This document shows, one piece after another, positions 50,320-64,000 of a stretch of DNA of 64,000 nt. A program made the position numbers and the translations under genes. The stretch is from Octopus sinensis. Its lineage: Eukaryota. Each line of letters starts with the position of its first letter. Within the stretch, counting starts at the first letter, position 1. A model generated the notes under the pieces. That model saw only the letters and a program-made list of their open reading frames with translations. It was not told the origin of the DNA and did no database searches. The stretch spans positions 77,438,001 through 77,502,000 of the forward strand of contig NC_043005.1 of the NCBI RefSeq assembly GCF_006345805.1. Reading direction: 5' to 3'.

Positions 50320-50680
50320 AATCAAACATGAACAAAGAGAAAACACAACAACGCGAGGACGTGAAACAAGTATAGTGTTATAGGACGGTCAGGAATGGAA
50401 AGAAGGAGGATTTACCGTTTCGAGCGGAGCTCTTCGTCAGAAACATAGAAAAAGGAAAGGTCCAAGGAAGGGAAGACGGAGAAAGAAAAACGCCAACGAT
50501 ACACACGCGGTCACATATATATAGATGGATAGATAGTTATAGATATAACGGGAAGCTTTATGAAAATAAACAAAAGACGAAGGCAGGTGGAAAACAAACG
50601 AACCAATTGTATTAGTATGGCGCTCAGGAAATATAAATAAAACAAGTCTTTAACGTTTCGAGCCTACGCTCTTCAACAGA
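50320..50680 (-). mobile_element. Two tandem Penelope-like terminal elements, each with a hammerhead-like motif
   Basis: CUGUUGA-A-GAGC-GUAG-GCUC-GAAAC-GUU (50679-50652) and CUGACGA-A-GAGC-UCC-GCUC-GAAAC-G-GUA (50440-50413), flanked by AT-rich microsatellites. Confidence 0.65.
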
Positions 50681-50776
50681 TATATAAATATATATAAACA
50701 TATACACATACATATATATGTATGTATATTCATGTATATATATATATACATATATATATACACACATACACACACC

Positions 50777-50814
<38 letters not shown>

Positions 50815-51264
50815 GTGTGTGTGTGTGTAGTGGAAACCATACTAAAATTAGAATAAAGCAAACTTTAAAAAATATTAAAATTTGAAATCCAAATTTCTGT
50901 TTACTGCTTATATCTGCTGATCTCACCAAACCGATAGTTTTTCCAAAATTAGTTTTATTCTCTTGTGTAAATTGTATTGAAGTAATAGAAACGGTGCATT
51001 GCCAAACTATATGCATTGAAGTATTTGAATTAATACGATCTTTTAATATTTCTAGATTGAAATCTGCAAGGTTCCACTTTTCTTTTTATCTTTGGGAACT
51101 CGATAAAATAAACACCAGGTGTGTATAAAGAGTTCCGTTTAATCGACATGTGATAGAGGTTTATGCTCCAGTGATATTGTGAGATATTATGATATTCAGG
51201 CAATCTTATGATGTTTGACCGAGATCCAAGAACAAACACATTTCCTTTTAGTAAAGAACGACAA

Positions 51265-51685
51265 ATACTCTTTTTACTCTTTTACTTGTTTCAGTCAATT
51301 GACTGTGGCCATGCTGGAGCACCGCCTTAGTCGAGAAAATCGACCCCAAGACTCATTCTTTGTAAGCCTGGTACTTATTCTATCAGTTCCTTTTGCCGAA
51401 CCGCTAAGTTACGGGGACGTAAGCACACCAGCATCGTTTGTCAAGCGATGTTGAGGGGGGGGGCAAAGACAGACACAAACTTATACACGCATATACATAT
51501 ATATATATTATATATATATATATACATATACGACGGGATTCTTTCAGTTTCCGTCGACCAAATCCACTCACAAAAGTTTGGTCAGCCCGAGACTATAGTA
51601 GAAGACACTTGCCCAAGGTGCCACGCAGTGGGACTGAACCTGGAATCGTGTTGTTCGTAAGCAAGCTACTTACAACACAGCCATC
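51265..51685 (-). mobile_element. SINE family B, full length
   Basis: Same head and tail as 19995-20400. Confidence 0.9.
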
Positions 51686-51689
51686 TTGA

Positions 51690-52065
51690 AATGTTCCCCG
51701 TATAAAGGCTCTTTCTCACAGACGAGATACCCGAAAGTAATCGGAAGCGCTTTCTGTGGCACAAGCCAGTTGTAGTTCAGGCTTCCGCCGCTAGAAGCTA
51801 CTTGATCCAACACACCTACCTAGGTAAAAAAAAAAAAAAGAGACAAATTTACAGAAACATTAACGACAAGTCAAAAACAAGACCTTGGAGAGGAATGCCT
51901 TCTCTCGGAGAAACATATGACATGATGCAGCAAAATCTGAAAGGAAGATGCAAGAGAGATCAGGGATCCTACACGGGAGAAACAAAAGCAACATCTCCGA
52001 ATCTAGAATAGTGATTAAACAGTCGTTGATGGCCTATGCTCCAAAGGAAGCGAATGACATAAGAT
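51690..52065 (+). mobile_element. RTE-clade LINE 3' end, decayed
   Basis: Ends gtc gtt gat ggc cta tgc tcc aaa gga agc (VVDGLCSKGS), a typical RTE terminus, followed by cataaga. Confidence 0.55.
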
Positions 52066-53486
52066 CAATGCTTGCCAAACGGATATCTCGAATCCTAAAC
52101 ATGTTTTCTACAATTTTTCTCTAAAAGAGGAGGTTGTGTTAGGACGCAGAATATTGCGTTATTACAATGAGAAGATCTTTCATATGGACTCGTAGCGCAA
52201 CCACTTTCAGTGGAATATAAACGTTGCTTTTTTGATATTCATATTGCTTCTGTCGCGAATTATTTTTTTCAATAAGCCCACTAGCTGTTTGAGAAACCAA
52301 TGCCAGGATAGACACTGGGATTCTATATATCGCTGACAGGAGAATCAGCCGTAGTGTCTAGCGGGATGTCTACCATTGAAGAACCCAAGTGAGGGTGAAA
52401 TCAATTGATCTGGCAAGTCTGGTGGCCGCAGCGGACGGTTATCTCCCATCAACGGTATAAACACGAGTGTATCAGAAGTCCATATGAGAGGTCCTCTCGT
52501 GGTAAACAGCGCAGTATTTTATGTTCTAACCAACATTTACTTTTAATGGGAGATAAATATTACCTTTTGATATTAATACTGCTTCTGTCACTGTTAATTG
52601 TTTCTTGGTGTCTAGGTACAGACCAACCCAAATGGAGTAGCTTTATGATCAAAGCATTCCAGTTGACAACCTTGCCCTGCTCTAGAACATTCGGTATTTA
52701 AGGTTTGTATTATCTAATGCGTCACTCTCATATCCAGAGAGCATAGTGTAATTTAGAGATGTGAATATTTTTATCAATTTAGATAACAACAGAAAGACAT
52801 CCCCAGTTAAAGCTAATACTTTATATTGAAACTGACAGGGAAATATGCTAATAAATTCCGGTGTAGAGACACAAATTAACCTGCGTATAAAGCATGCATA
52901 TATTAATGTCACCGTCTAACCCCTTCCACACTGCTCCGGTTTAATGCAACACATTACTTCTCTACATTGCATTATGCAAAGTGAAGAATTTTTAATACGT
53001 CAAAGTTGGCACAATCTTAACACATACATGTAAATATGTATGCATGTATGCGTATAGACATACACAACAATTATACACATGAATCTATACATAACACACG
53101 CGTACATATAAATGTAGACACTGTGGTATTTAAGATACCAGTATTTGTCTGCTTTTCATTTACATGCCTCAAGATACTCGAATTTATTTCTCTGAGCTCA
53201 TTTTCGACAAAAATTATGTAAATTATTTTGGCTATACATGTTTTAGTTTTCCCTCCTTCCGTTGTATATAACTGTGTCTCTTGGCTGTTTGAGACACGGC
53301 AGAATAATTGTGATTCTAATGACACCGATTCACATAGAAACACGTTCGAATGACTATCTTCTTATCTCTAGCCAATAGCATCTCAACTTCCGAGAATTCT
53401 CCCTTCTTATATATATACATCATGAATAATAGCGGACGATTGATAATCATATACGATATTTGTATATATATATGTATATGTCTGCG

Positions 53487-53521
<35 letters not shown>

Positions 53522-53523
<2 letters not shown>

Positions 53524-53901
53524 TCTTTTACTCTTTTACTTGTTTCAGTCATTTGACTGCGACCATGCTGGAGCACCGCCTTAAATCGAGCAACTCGACC
53601 CCGGGACTTATTCTTTGTAAGCCCAGTACTTATTCTATCCGTCTCTTTTGCCGAACCGCTAGGTGACGGGGACGTAAACACACCAGCATCGGTCGTCAAG
53701 CAATGCTAGGGGGGAAAAACACATACACACCACACACACATATATATATATATACATATATACGACAGGCTTCTTTCAGTTTCCGTCTACCACTCACAAG
53801 GCATTAGCAGAAGACACTTGCCCAAGATGCCACGCAGTGGACTGAACCCGGAACCATGTGGTTGATTAGCAAGCTACCTACCACACAGCCACTCCTGCGC
53901 C

Positions 53902-53902
<1 letters not shown>
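53522..53902 (-). mobile_element. SINE family B, full length
   Basis: Same head and tail as 19995-20400. Confidence 0.9.
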
Positions 53903-53934
<32 letters not shown>

Positions 53935-54160
53935 TATATTATATATATATATAATATATATATATACATATATACATATACATGTATACATATATACATA
54001 TATACATATATATACACATATATATATAAACATACGTATAATATATAAACATACATATATGTACATATACATATATATATATATATACATACATACATAT
54101 ATATATATATATGATGTATGTATGTATGTATGTATGTATGTATATATGCATACATATGCA

Positions 54161-54376
54161 TATATGTCATAATTTTCAAATCCACCGCGCAAGCGCAGTT
54201 TTTTATAGGCACGAAATAGACAAAATGCCGATTTTCTTCCAAAATTAGCCAAAAATCATTATTAATATATTTCAGGGTAGTTTTAGCTAATTTTGGAAGA
54301 AAATCGGTTTTCTTTTCTATTTGTTGCCGATAAAAAACTGCGGTTGCGCGGGGGATTTGAAAAGTTATAACATGTA
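54161..54376. mobile_element. Fold-back MITE (arms about 92 bp, spacer about 26 bp)
   Basis: atgtcataattttcaaatccaccgcgcaagcgcagttttttat...ttccaaaattagccaaaa inverted at 54281-54376. Confidence 0.82.
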
Positions 54377-54560
54377 AGTATGACGCCTGTTCTGTATTGC
54401 CTCGTATTTATATGTTAATCTTTGCTTTCCTGCTGATGATAGCTGCGCCTAGCAAATTATTATATTTACTGAGATAGCTTGAAACCATGCTACAGGAAAC
54501 GGATGGTAAATGTTTTATTTTTCATTCTCTTTCGAAATTATTCATATATATATAGATATA

Positions 54561-54591
<31 letters not shown>

Positions 54592-54612
54592 ATATATATA
54601 AGATACATAAAC

Positions 54613-54699
<87 letters not shown>

Positions 54700-54707
<8 letters not shown>

Positions 54708-56420
54708 GCTTATAAATAAGAAAAATGTTTATAATAAGAAAAAACAGGAAGAGAAGAATAAAAGAAAAAGAGAAAACAAAGAAAAAAGAGAAGAAAAAAG
54801 AGAAAAAGAAACAAGGAGAGAGATAATAAGGGAAAGTGTACCAGTTAGTGGTCAGTCAAGACAATTTGAAAGTAGGAATGAGGAGATGAGGGTGATAGAG
54901 AAAGAAAGGTATTACAGTCTAAAAAGTTAGAAGGAATGGGGGATGATTGAGAGAGAGAGAGAGGTATAAACAGTAACGGAGTGTCAGTTAAGCAGTGGTA
55001 GAGTCTAAGTGAGAGGGGTAGTAGTATAGAATGAAGAATTTAGGAATATAGATTAGGTGGTGGGACAGGTCAGTGCTTAGTAGTGGAAAAAATATATATA
55101 TGAAGATGTATATATTGGATATGTGTATATATTTTTATACAGATGGTTATATATATATCAATATCTACATAAACAAATCGTACTCATATGTATATGTACA
55201 CATGCACACCCATATATTCGTATATCAGTATGTATTTTCGCCCCTGTATACGCAGGTATAGATACCTTGCATACATTCATACTTTCACACATACACACAT
55301 ACATACACGCACACACACAAACATACATATACACGCACATATGCATGCACGCATATACATATGAATATAATTAGATGGTTGTAATATTTGACTATGAGTA
55401 AGGAATTAGATAGAGATATTAGATAGAGATTAAGAGTTAAGATGCAGATTAATAAGGCTATTGGGATTACCTAAGGGGTACTGTGGAAATATACTGTATG
55501 GTCGTTTAGGCATTTGGATTTGTGGTAGAATTTGAATGTGTGAAAAAAGCGGTGGTTGCATGTGCTTAGTGCCTCATTATGTTTATTTAGCAGTGCTGGA
55601 GAGTTCTGCTTTAATATGTGAAGTGTCCTTAGTCCAGTATGGACCATGATAGAGTATAGGATATATTTGTATTTTTGAGATGATGTATGTGGTTGGTGAG
55701 TGTTGTAGATTTTCTATGTTTATCGTATCTAAAAGAATGGAGGTTAGTGGCATATCGTTGCTTAAAATATTTGGTTGATCCTATGTATGTAGCTGTAGAG
55801 TTGTTTAATAGATTAAGGACAGTGCATTTGTAAATTACATTATATCATCTGCAATGGGTTTGTAACGGGCAGATGGTTCCAGGACGGCAATTACAATTAG
55901 GTGAATGTTGGGGACTGTGTTCAGGAATAGAGGAGGTACTATCGTCAGGGGAGAGGTTAGAGAAGGGGGTAGAAGATTCTATGTTATTAATGTTATTAAC
56001 GTTATCATTACCATAATTGCTATTATTACTATTGTTGTTATTAATTGTACTATTTGTAAGGGTGGTAGAGATGGTGGTGGTGTTTCGGGTAGTGTCAGTA
56101 GGATGGGTTGGGTTGTAGTTGTGGTCTAATGTAAGGATATCTTACAGTAGACCACAGATGTTTGTGTACTGAGTGTTCGTATGACTAGAGTTGTAGTTAT
56201 GTGAGTTTTGATAGTAAAGAGAAAGTTTTTGCTTATTAGAGGCTGCTACAATAGATTCGAAGTTGGGTGAGATAGAATAAGATAGTTTCAGAGTGGAGAC
56301 TCTTTATTCGCATAATCACCCAACCAGGAGCTTAACTATGGTCTATCCATATCACTTACTGCGCATTACCTGACACCTTTGGGTCTTACTGACACCATTA
56401 CCTCTTATAACCTCTCTCTC
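54700..56420 (-). mobile_element. Decayed Penelope-like retroelement 3' portion (linker, GIY-YIG, pyrimidine-rich UTR)
   Basis: STLKLSYSISPNFESIVAASNKQKL (about 56300-56220), then CNCRPGTICPLQTHCR*YNVIYKCTV..TATYIGSTKYFKQRYA..HSFR..RN/STTL..HI..LK...Y..SWSIL (55895-55630). Confidence 0.82.
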
Positions 56421-56570
56421 TATATATATATGCATGTGTGTGTATGTATATATGTGTATATGTATATATAAATATGTATATATATATATGTATATGTATA
56501 TATGTATATATGTATATATATATGTATATAGTATATATATATGTGTGTATATATACATGTACATGAATAA

Positions 56571-56656
<86 letters not shown>

Positions 56657-57320
56657 GTATATATATATATATATATGTATGTATATATATAGAGATGCAT
56701 ATACATATATGATTTACATGTGTATATTTATAAATTGTGTGTATATATATATATATATCTATATATATATATATGTATGTATGTAGTATGTATGTATGTA
56801 TGTATGTATGTAATATGTATGTGTGCATATATGTATGTACTTATCTATGTATGTATGTATATTGTATGTGATAATTTCTAAGAATAATCGGAATTCAATA
56901 ATATTCATCGCGCCAATCTGTCTATCATGCTGATCTGCAATCGTACCATAATTCCCTTGGGATATCGATTATGTTATCACTGTTGCAAATTGTAAGGAAA
57001 TAAGGCTCGGCTCTAGGCATTAGTGACCCCCCAAATATTTTAACGACCAAACTATGAACGTCATATTACCAAACTGTTCAGAACACCAAATTTTGATCGA
57101 CTGTATCCGTTCCTTTCGTCTTTTCCTTCTGACCGTAATCTTTAATACTAATGAGTAATATTTCGTTTCTTTTACATGTCTGTAATACTATATTCCCAAA
57201 GGAAGATCTTAACTGCTTTATCTTTTGCTATAAGAATTGTTCCTCCTCTGCTGGAATTCTCTTCAACTCATTCCGATGCTCCAGTAACCTTCTTCTGCAT
57301 CTACTCTCTCTTTCTCCCCC

Positions 57321-57359
<39 letters not shown>

Positions 57360-57474
57360 AGTACATACATACAAATATATACACATATATATATATATAT
57401 AAATTCCTCTTTTTACATAATATCGAGGTCTCTTTATTTGTTTGTCTTACCATTTTTATCAATATAAATATAAG

Positions 57475-57542
<68 letters not shown>

Positions 57543-57554
57543 ATATATATATAT

Positions 57555-57607
<53 letters not shown>

Positions 57608-57689
57608 TACATGCATACATACATACATACCACATACATACACACCACACATATATACATAGAGATACAGAGATACAGATATGGATAAA

Positions 57690-57758
<69 letters not shown>

Positions 57759-58065
57759 ATAGATATGTATGTGTGCATGTACGCGTGTGTGGATTTAAGA
57801 ATAACGGGAAGGTGCTTAGAGACCTTTGATCATGGAAAACAAACAAAACACGCATGTATATTTATGAGCAGCTGCCTCTTCATGATGGAATAAAATGGGA
57901 AGAAAAATTGAAATAGATTAAAATAAACTTCCGTGTGATCAGTTCTGGAAGTTCGTATATTTTTCTTATAAGGATCAGCTGGTGCTGTGGCAGAGATCAT
58001 CAATAACAAACAGCAACATGGACACGAAATACAGCAAAATGTGATCAACGTATATATATATATAT

Positions 58066-58104
<39 letters not shown>

Positions 58105-58387
58105 TCTATGTCCATATATGTAACATATCTAGGTATTCATATATATATATGTGTGTGTATATATATATATGCGTATGTGTATATAAATGTACATGCATAT
58201 ATGTATATTCATATAGATATATCGATAGATAGATAGATACATAGACACACAGACAGATAGATGATAGATAGATAGATAGATAGATAGATACATACATACA
58301 TACATAGATGATAGATAGATAGATAGATAGATAGATACATACATACATACATAGATGATAGGTAGACAGACAGACAGACAGACAGAC

Positions 58388-58464
<77 letters not shown>

Positions 58465-58681
58465 TACATACATACGTACCTACTTACGTACATGCGTACA
58501 ATCATACACACATACACATATATACATACATATATACACATATATATATATATAACTTCGATAACTTAGATATGCTTCGATTAAAGATTCGTCCAAGCTA
58601 TGTCTAACTTACTAGCACCACCTACATATGTATGAGTGTGTGTATGTATATGTATGTATATATACATTTATACATACAGAT

Positions 58682-58748
<67 letters not shown>

Positions 58749-59620
58749 TAAATACATGTGTGCATAGAGATATATGTATATATATATATATATATATATA
58801 GATATATATAATATATATATGCATACATATATATATATACATATATACATGTTTATATATATATATGCATATATATATATACATATGTGTGTATACATAT
58901 ATATATATAATATTATATATATATATATATTATATATAATATATACTATATACATATAATATATATATATCTATATCTCTATATATATATATATATATAA
59001 TATATATATATAATAATATATACACTTATTAATCGACCCCCGAAGGATGAAAGGCAAAGTCGAACACGGCAAACGAAATACCGCTAAGCATTTCACTCGG
59101 CGTGCTAACCTTTCTGCCAGCTCGCCGCTTTAAGTCTTTGTAGATATTACTGTCTTCCAGCTCTAGATCTCATAAAACCAGTTACTCGTCGTCGCGTTAC
59201 TCATTTGCAGGTGAGTGAACTGGAGCAGCACGAAATGAAGTGTTTGGCTCAAGAGCACAACACATCAACCAATCCGGGAATCGAAACCGCGATCGTATGT
59301 GTAAACACCCTAACCACCTGGCCACGCGCCTTCACATTTAAAGTACATTTTGCTCTAAAAATCACATTCAGAAATTTACATTGTATAGGATAGCTTACAG
59401 TGACTTTCATTTCTATATGGCATTGATAATAGTTTTATTTTTTTTTTTTGTTGTTGCTGTTTTTGCTTCTTTCTTTACAGTTTTCGTTAATTAGGAGATT
59501 AATCGTATTAAAATGATTTCAGATTGGAATCTATGATTATGTTGATTAGTGTTTTTAACAATTATATTTACATTTTTTATATTTATTCTTGGTATCTGTT
59601 TACATTAGTTTCAGTATATA

Positions 59621-60510
59621 CGAGATCTGATTAAATGTATCGGGACTGTTACTATGGTAACGGAGCTAAAGTATGTAGAGTGAAGTCGCTGGACACAGAT
59701 TGACCTTGAACTCTGTGGCGCATGCACACTGAGTTACAACTTTCTCTTTCACCTCCGCTATTTATAGCAATACTCGGAACTAAAGTGTGTAGAGTATGGT
59801 CGTCTCATAAGAAGATCGGATTTCCCGAGGACACCTTTAGATTTATGTTAAAATGGCCCGACTTGACACCGTCCAGGTGCCTGAATGAGGCGAGGAGCTT
59901 GGTCGGGCATGAAAGTTCAAAATAAAGGTAAGAGGCTGAGTGCCTCATTTTTGTTATTGAATCGTGAAAATGTAAGCGGTTTGTTGCCTCATGAATGTAT
60001 TATGAAAGATCAATGTTCTCGGGTAAACAACGATCGGCGGGCGTCGCTTGTTGCCCTCATTTATCATCATTTTCATTTTACATTTCATATAACATTTTGT
60101 CTATGTCCAGCCCGTAGCTTCCCTTCTGTTTAAGGCCTTTATGGCCAATATAATGAATAAAAATCGGATTTCAGCTGCACAGGCTCTCTTTGATTGTATC
60201 GAGGAAGACGATAACTTTTTCAAAACGGTCATAACAGGTAACGAATCATGGGTCTATAGCTATGACCCCCAAAACCAAGGCAGAAATCAAACTCCACTTG
60301 AAAGAAACATGATTTCGAGATGTCGATCAAATCCAAGAGAATGCGACGAGTCGGTTGCTCGCTATCCAAGAAAAGAGTTCCAAGAATGCATCCATCAATG
60401 GGGACTACGTTAGATAAAGTGGACTATTTCGAAGGAGATTAAATGCTGAATTAATGAGTTTTAATTGTTTTTTTATACCACTTGTCCCGATAGTTTTTGT
60501 TCAAACCTTG
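59621..60510 (+). mobile_element. Internally deleted mariner transposon
   Basis: TA|cgagatctgattaaatgtatcgggac ... gtcccgatagtttttgttcaaaccttg|TA; RISAAQALFD..FFKTVITGNESWVYSYDPQ (first catalytic D read as N) joined to C-terminal KEFQECIHQW. Confidence 0.88.
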
Positions 60511-61430
60511 TATTGGTGGTTTCTGGGTAATGTTTATGTATATTATTCGGAGCTAATAATTCCAAATTTAATTTTTTCCCTAGCGTTAAGATTATCATGT
60601 CCTCAGAGTACACTTATTTCATTCTGTAGCCATTGTTGAACTGATTTATAACAATGTAAACAAATATCTCACAAATCACAGCCTCCTGTCTGATAAAAAA
60701 TATTCAGGACGCATTGGATATTATTATCTTTTATTAATCTTATATATCAAAGATCAATCTTCCAGCGCAGATCAATTTCCCACATATCACACTGTCATTT
60801 TCTTTTAAATGTAGGACACATTGGATTATATAGTGTTTACAAGTTTAAAAAGTTTAAGACCATATAGTTTTCAGGCGATCTTTCAGAGAAAGTCTATCAA
60901 AACTGAAAATATTTGTTCGGCAATTAGTCTGGAACCGTTCACTTCTCACTCCCAGTAATCTAACCCGCACTTCTATCTCTATATCTCCTGTCATCTTTCT
61001 CACTTGTCACTTTCATTCTTTTCTATGAATTAATCCACCTGTAAAGTTCTTGTAAGATTATTAGAATGTAACGAACTCCAATACGTTGTGTAATTTCATG
61101 GTGTGATTTATGACAAGTATTTTTCTTTTTGCTCTCCCATCCGTGCTCTCTCTCTCTCCCCCCTCTCTCTCCCTCTCTCTCCCTCTCCCTCTCTCTCTCT
61201 CTCTCCATATATATATATATATAAAATACAGTGTACATTTGAACACATTAAGAGGTTTCCATCATAGGAATCCTTTACGCTAGAAAGGACAGCTAAAGTC
61301 CAAACCTTAATTAGTGTTTAAAATCACTGTATTTTATATGAATAATATATAGTCTATTGACTAATTTTTCTATACGCTAGGCCACTGGTAGTAAAAATTT
61401 CTAAAATCTTTATTACCCTGATATTATTTA

Positions 61431-61463
<33 letters not shown>

Positions 61464-61526
61464 ATTATAAAATTTTTTAAATTTTATAATTTTTTAATTT
61501 CTTAAATCTTTTAAACTTTTTATATT

Positions 61527-61557
<31 letters not shown>

Positions 61558-61599
61558 GTATATATGTATATATATATATATATATATACATACATATAT

Positions 61600-62150
61600 A
61601 TATATATATTTTTTTTAAAGAAGATATCCTAGAATTTGTAGGATTGAGTTGGATCAGTTAATAATAATAATAATAATAAGAGGAAAATAGCCTGAGGATT
61701 ATGTATTAGGTATAGCCTGGTAAAACAAACCACCAGCGCTGAAACACGTGTAGCGTTGATTAATATTATCTTCTTATCTCCACAGACTAATAACAGGTAA
61801 GGTATGTATAGTTTTTAAAATATGTTTAAATAATTTATAATTAATTCTAATGTACTTTATTCGTATTGTATGTTATTGTAGGCATTATAATGCTTAAATT
61901 ATTAGATTAGTATTTTGGATATAATTTTCTATGTATACTCCAGTAAATAAGGTTGTCCTGAAATTGAAGTTATGGTCCTATTGGTAAAATCCCAAATTTG
62001 TAATAATAATACTATGGTATAAAAATATATATATAAAAGTTGGTCATAGTTGGGAAGTCATAGATTATATATCTTCCCGACCATTTCTGACCTGGGATTA
62101 AAGTATGTCCCTTCTTTTAACCCATTTCATCTTGTATTTGACCAATGCTA
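61600..62150 (+). mobile_element. Penelope-like 5' fragment with hammerhead-like motif
   Basis: CTGAGGA...GAAAC-ACGT-GTA at 61692-61752; downstream gac ctg gga tta aag tat gtc cct (DLGLKYVP) resembles the PLE ORF N-terminal L.LGLKF.P motif. Confidence 0.5.
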
Positions 62151-62944
62151 GCTAGCTATTTATTAAAGCAATGTTGTTACATTACAAGCTTGTCGACATT
62201 TATGTGTCCAGCACAATGAAATTAAAACCCAGTCGGCTGCTGTGCGGATAGTGCAATAAAAACCAATCGCTTTCTATGCATATCTCTCACAAAGCAATAT
62301 GAACTTGGGCCAAGTAATTGGAGATGAAACAGAGGAAACTTTAACATACTACCAATACAAAATCAATATTTGTTCTGGCTTCATTACAAATTTAGCTGAA
62401 AATTTAATCCGTCTGTCAATCAATATATTTTCCCCACTGTTTCGTTTTCTTTTTTTGTATGGTCGACTTTTTTGCTTGCTACAGAAGCCCACGATTGGTA
62501 TACCTCGGATTATGGAGTTTGAACAACCGCAGTATTTGATAGTCACAATCGCTTATTGTTTTATTTCTTTTCCTGTTTCTTTTTTTTTCTATTATTTTCT
62601 TTTCCATTGCTTAATTTTATAGCTGCTCTCGTCAATTTTACTGTTATTTATCTATGTTGTATTGTAACAGCTACCGACAATGTCTCCAAGGTTCTGACTA
62701 ATTTTTTAGGGTCGTACTTAGCTCTACGTTAAATGGAGAAGTCTGCTCTAACTTATACAGAATATCTGACATCTGCAAACTGTTATCTATTACCGACATA
62801 AATTGAAACTCGTAAAATTAATTCGTTTTGGCAAATTATAGAACAAAATGCGTGCAATGAAACAGAACTCAAGAACTAGAAGATCCTCTCAACCATTTTG
62901 GTTATTTCGTTTCTAGTAGTCGCTATTACTGTTGCAAATAATAA

Positions 62945-63212
62945 CCACCAACATCATCATCATCATGTTTGTCGTCGTCGTCGGCGGCGACGGTGGTGAC
63001 AGCGGCAGCGTTATGGTTGTCCTCTTCGTCATCATCATCTTTACCAATGGGCATGACCATAATGATAACGGCAAAGACAATGAAAACGGTGGGGGTGATA
63101 GTACTGACGATGAGGATGATGGTGATGTTGATGACGAGGATGACGACGATGAATATGATGGTGACCAGGAAGAAGATGATGGTGGTGAGGGCAGGGGTGG
63201 TGATGATGTGGG

Positions 63213-63244
<32 letters not shown>

Positions 63245-63419
63245 GTGGTGGTAGTGGTGGTGATGAGGATGATGATGATGATGCGGATGATGATGATGAT
63301 GACGATGACAACGAAGACAGCGATGATGACGATGACGATAATGATGATAATAATGATCATAGTAGTGGTGGTGATGGTGATGATGGTAGTAGTGGTTGTG
63401 GTGGTGGTGGTGGTGGTGG

Positions 63420-63466
<47 letters not shown>

Positions 63467-63530
63467 TTGGTGGTTGTGATTGTGATGGTCGTAGTAGTTG
63501 TGGTAGTTGTGAGGATGAGCATGATGATGT
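62945..63530. repeat. Degenerate (GAT)n/(GGT)n trinucleotide region
   Basis: Direct; open in several frames because the repeats contain few stop codons. Confidence 0.9.
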
Positions 63531-64000
63531 CGACGCCGAATTCACTCTAAGAAACCAAGTTCGCAATACGCCAACCTGTTTTTGTAACGTAATATCTTTC
63601 TCAATTAAATGTCTGTCTATCTATATATCTATTTATCTATCTATTATAGGAGTGGTATAGCCGGATTCTCTAAAAGCTTGCTTTGCGACCACCTGGTCCC
63701 GGTTTCGATCCTACTGCCTGACATCTTGGGCGAATGTCATTTCTCTATAGCTTCTCACCGACGAATAATTTGAGTAAAGATTGCTCGACGGAGACTGTGA
63801 AGAAGCCTATCAGATGAGTTATTTTCTTAATAGATGAATCACAGTTTTCCACACACTGTGCCACGCTGTGTCACACCCATTCTGCCTGTGAATTACGTTA
63901 AGAGTACACGGCTCTGTAGAATACTCAACCACTTACATCTTAATTCAGGAACAGATTATTCAATTGAACGAATAACTAAATCCTTAGCATCGAAGGACGG

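Noticed and set aside
57972-58048. Apparent exon (tttttcttataag|GATCAGCTGG...ATCAAC|gtatat; SAGAVAEIINNKQQHGHEIQQNVIN)
   Set aside because: Lies in a microsatellite-flanked segment whose lower end resembles the Penelope-like terminal family at 50545-50680 (ataacgggaag..ggaaaacaaac); no recognisable protein. Only spliced reads could rescue it.
62913-63660. Long ORFs of 132-242 aa (Asp/Gly-, Met/Val- or Thr/Ile-rich)
   Set aside because: Open on both strands and in several frames because GAT/GGT repeats rarely give stops; no domain, and the composition matches a microsatellite.

Overview
AT-rich, microsatellite-saturated eukaryotic DNA with no intact host gene or intact transposon ORF that I can support. 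The repeat families, recognised from memory and not from a search, point to a coleoid cephalopod, most likely Octopus. The window holds dozens of copies of three or four tRNA-derived SINE families, labelled A-D here. It also holds decayed fragments of a Helitron (both termini plus the PIF1 helicase C-terminus), R4/Dong, HERO, RTE and CR1-like LINEs, Penelope-like elements (GIY-YIG), mariner, maT, hAT and piggyBac transposons, and MITEs. Almost all ORFs in the supplied track are microsatellite artefacts. Most notable: (1) six hammerhead-ribozyme-like motifs, one in the tail of a TSD-flanked, fold-back, tRNA-headed SINE (43257-43680); (2) a 5S rRNA-headed element carrying the SINE-B 3' tail; (3) a Dong/R4 end embedded in a (TAA)n tract; (4) several long inverted repeats. 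All calls are by-eye alignments and coordinates of degraded repeats are approximate.
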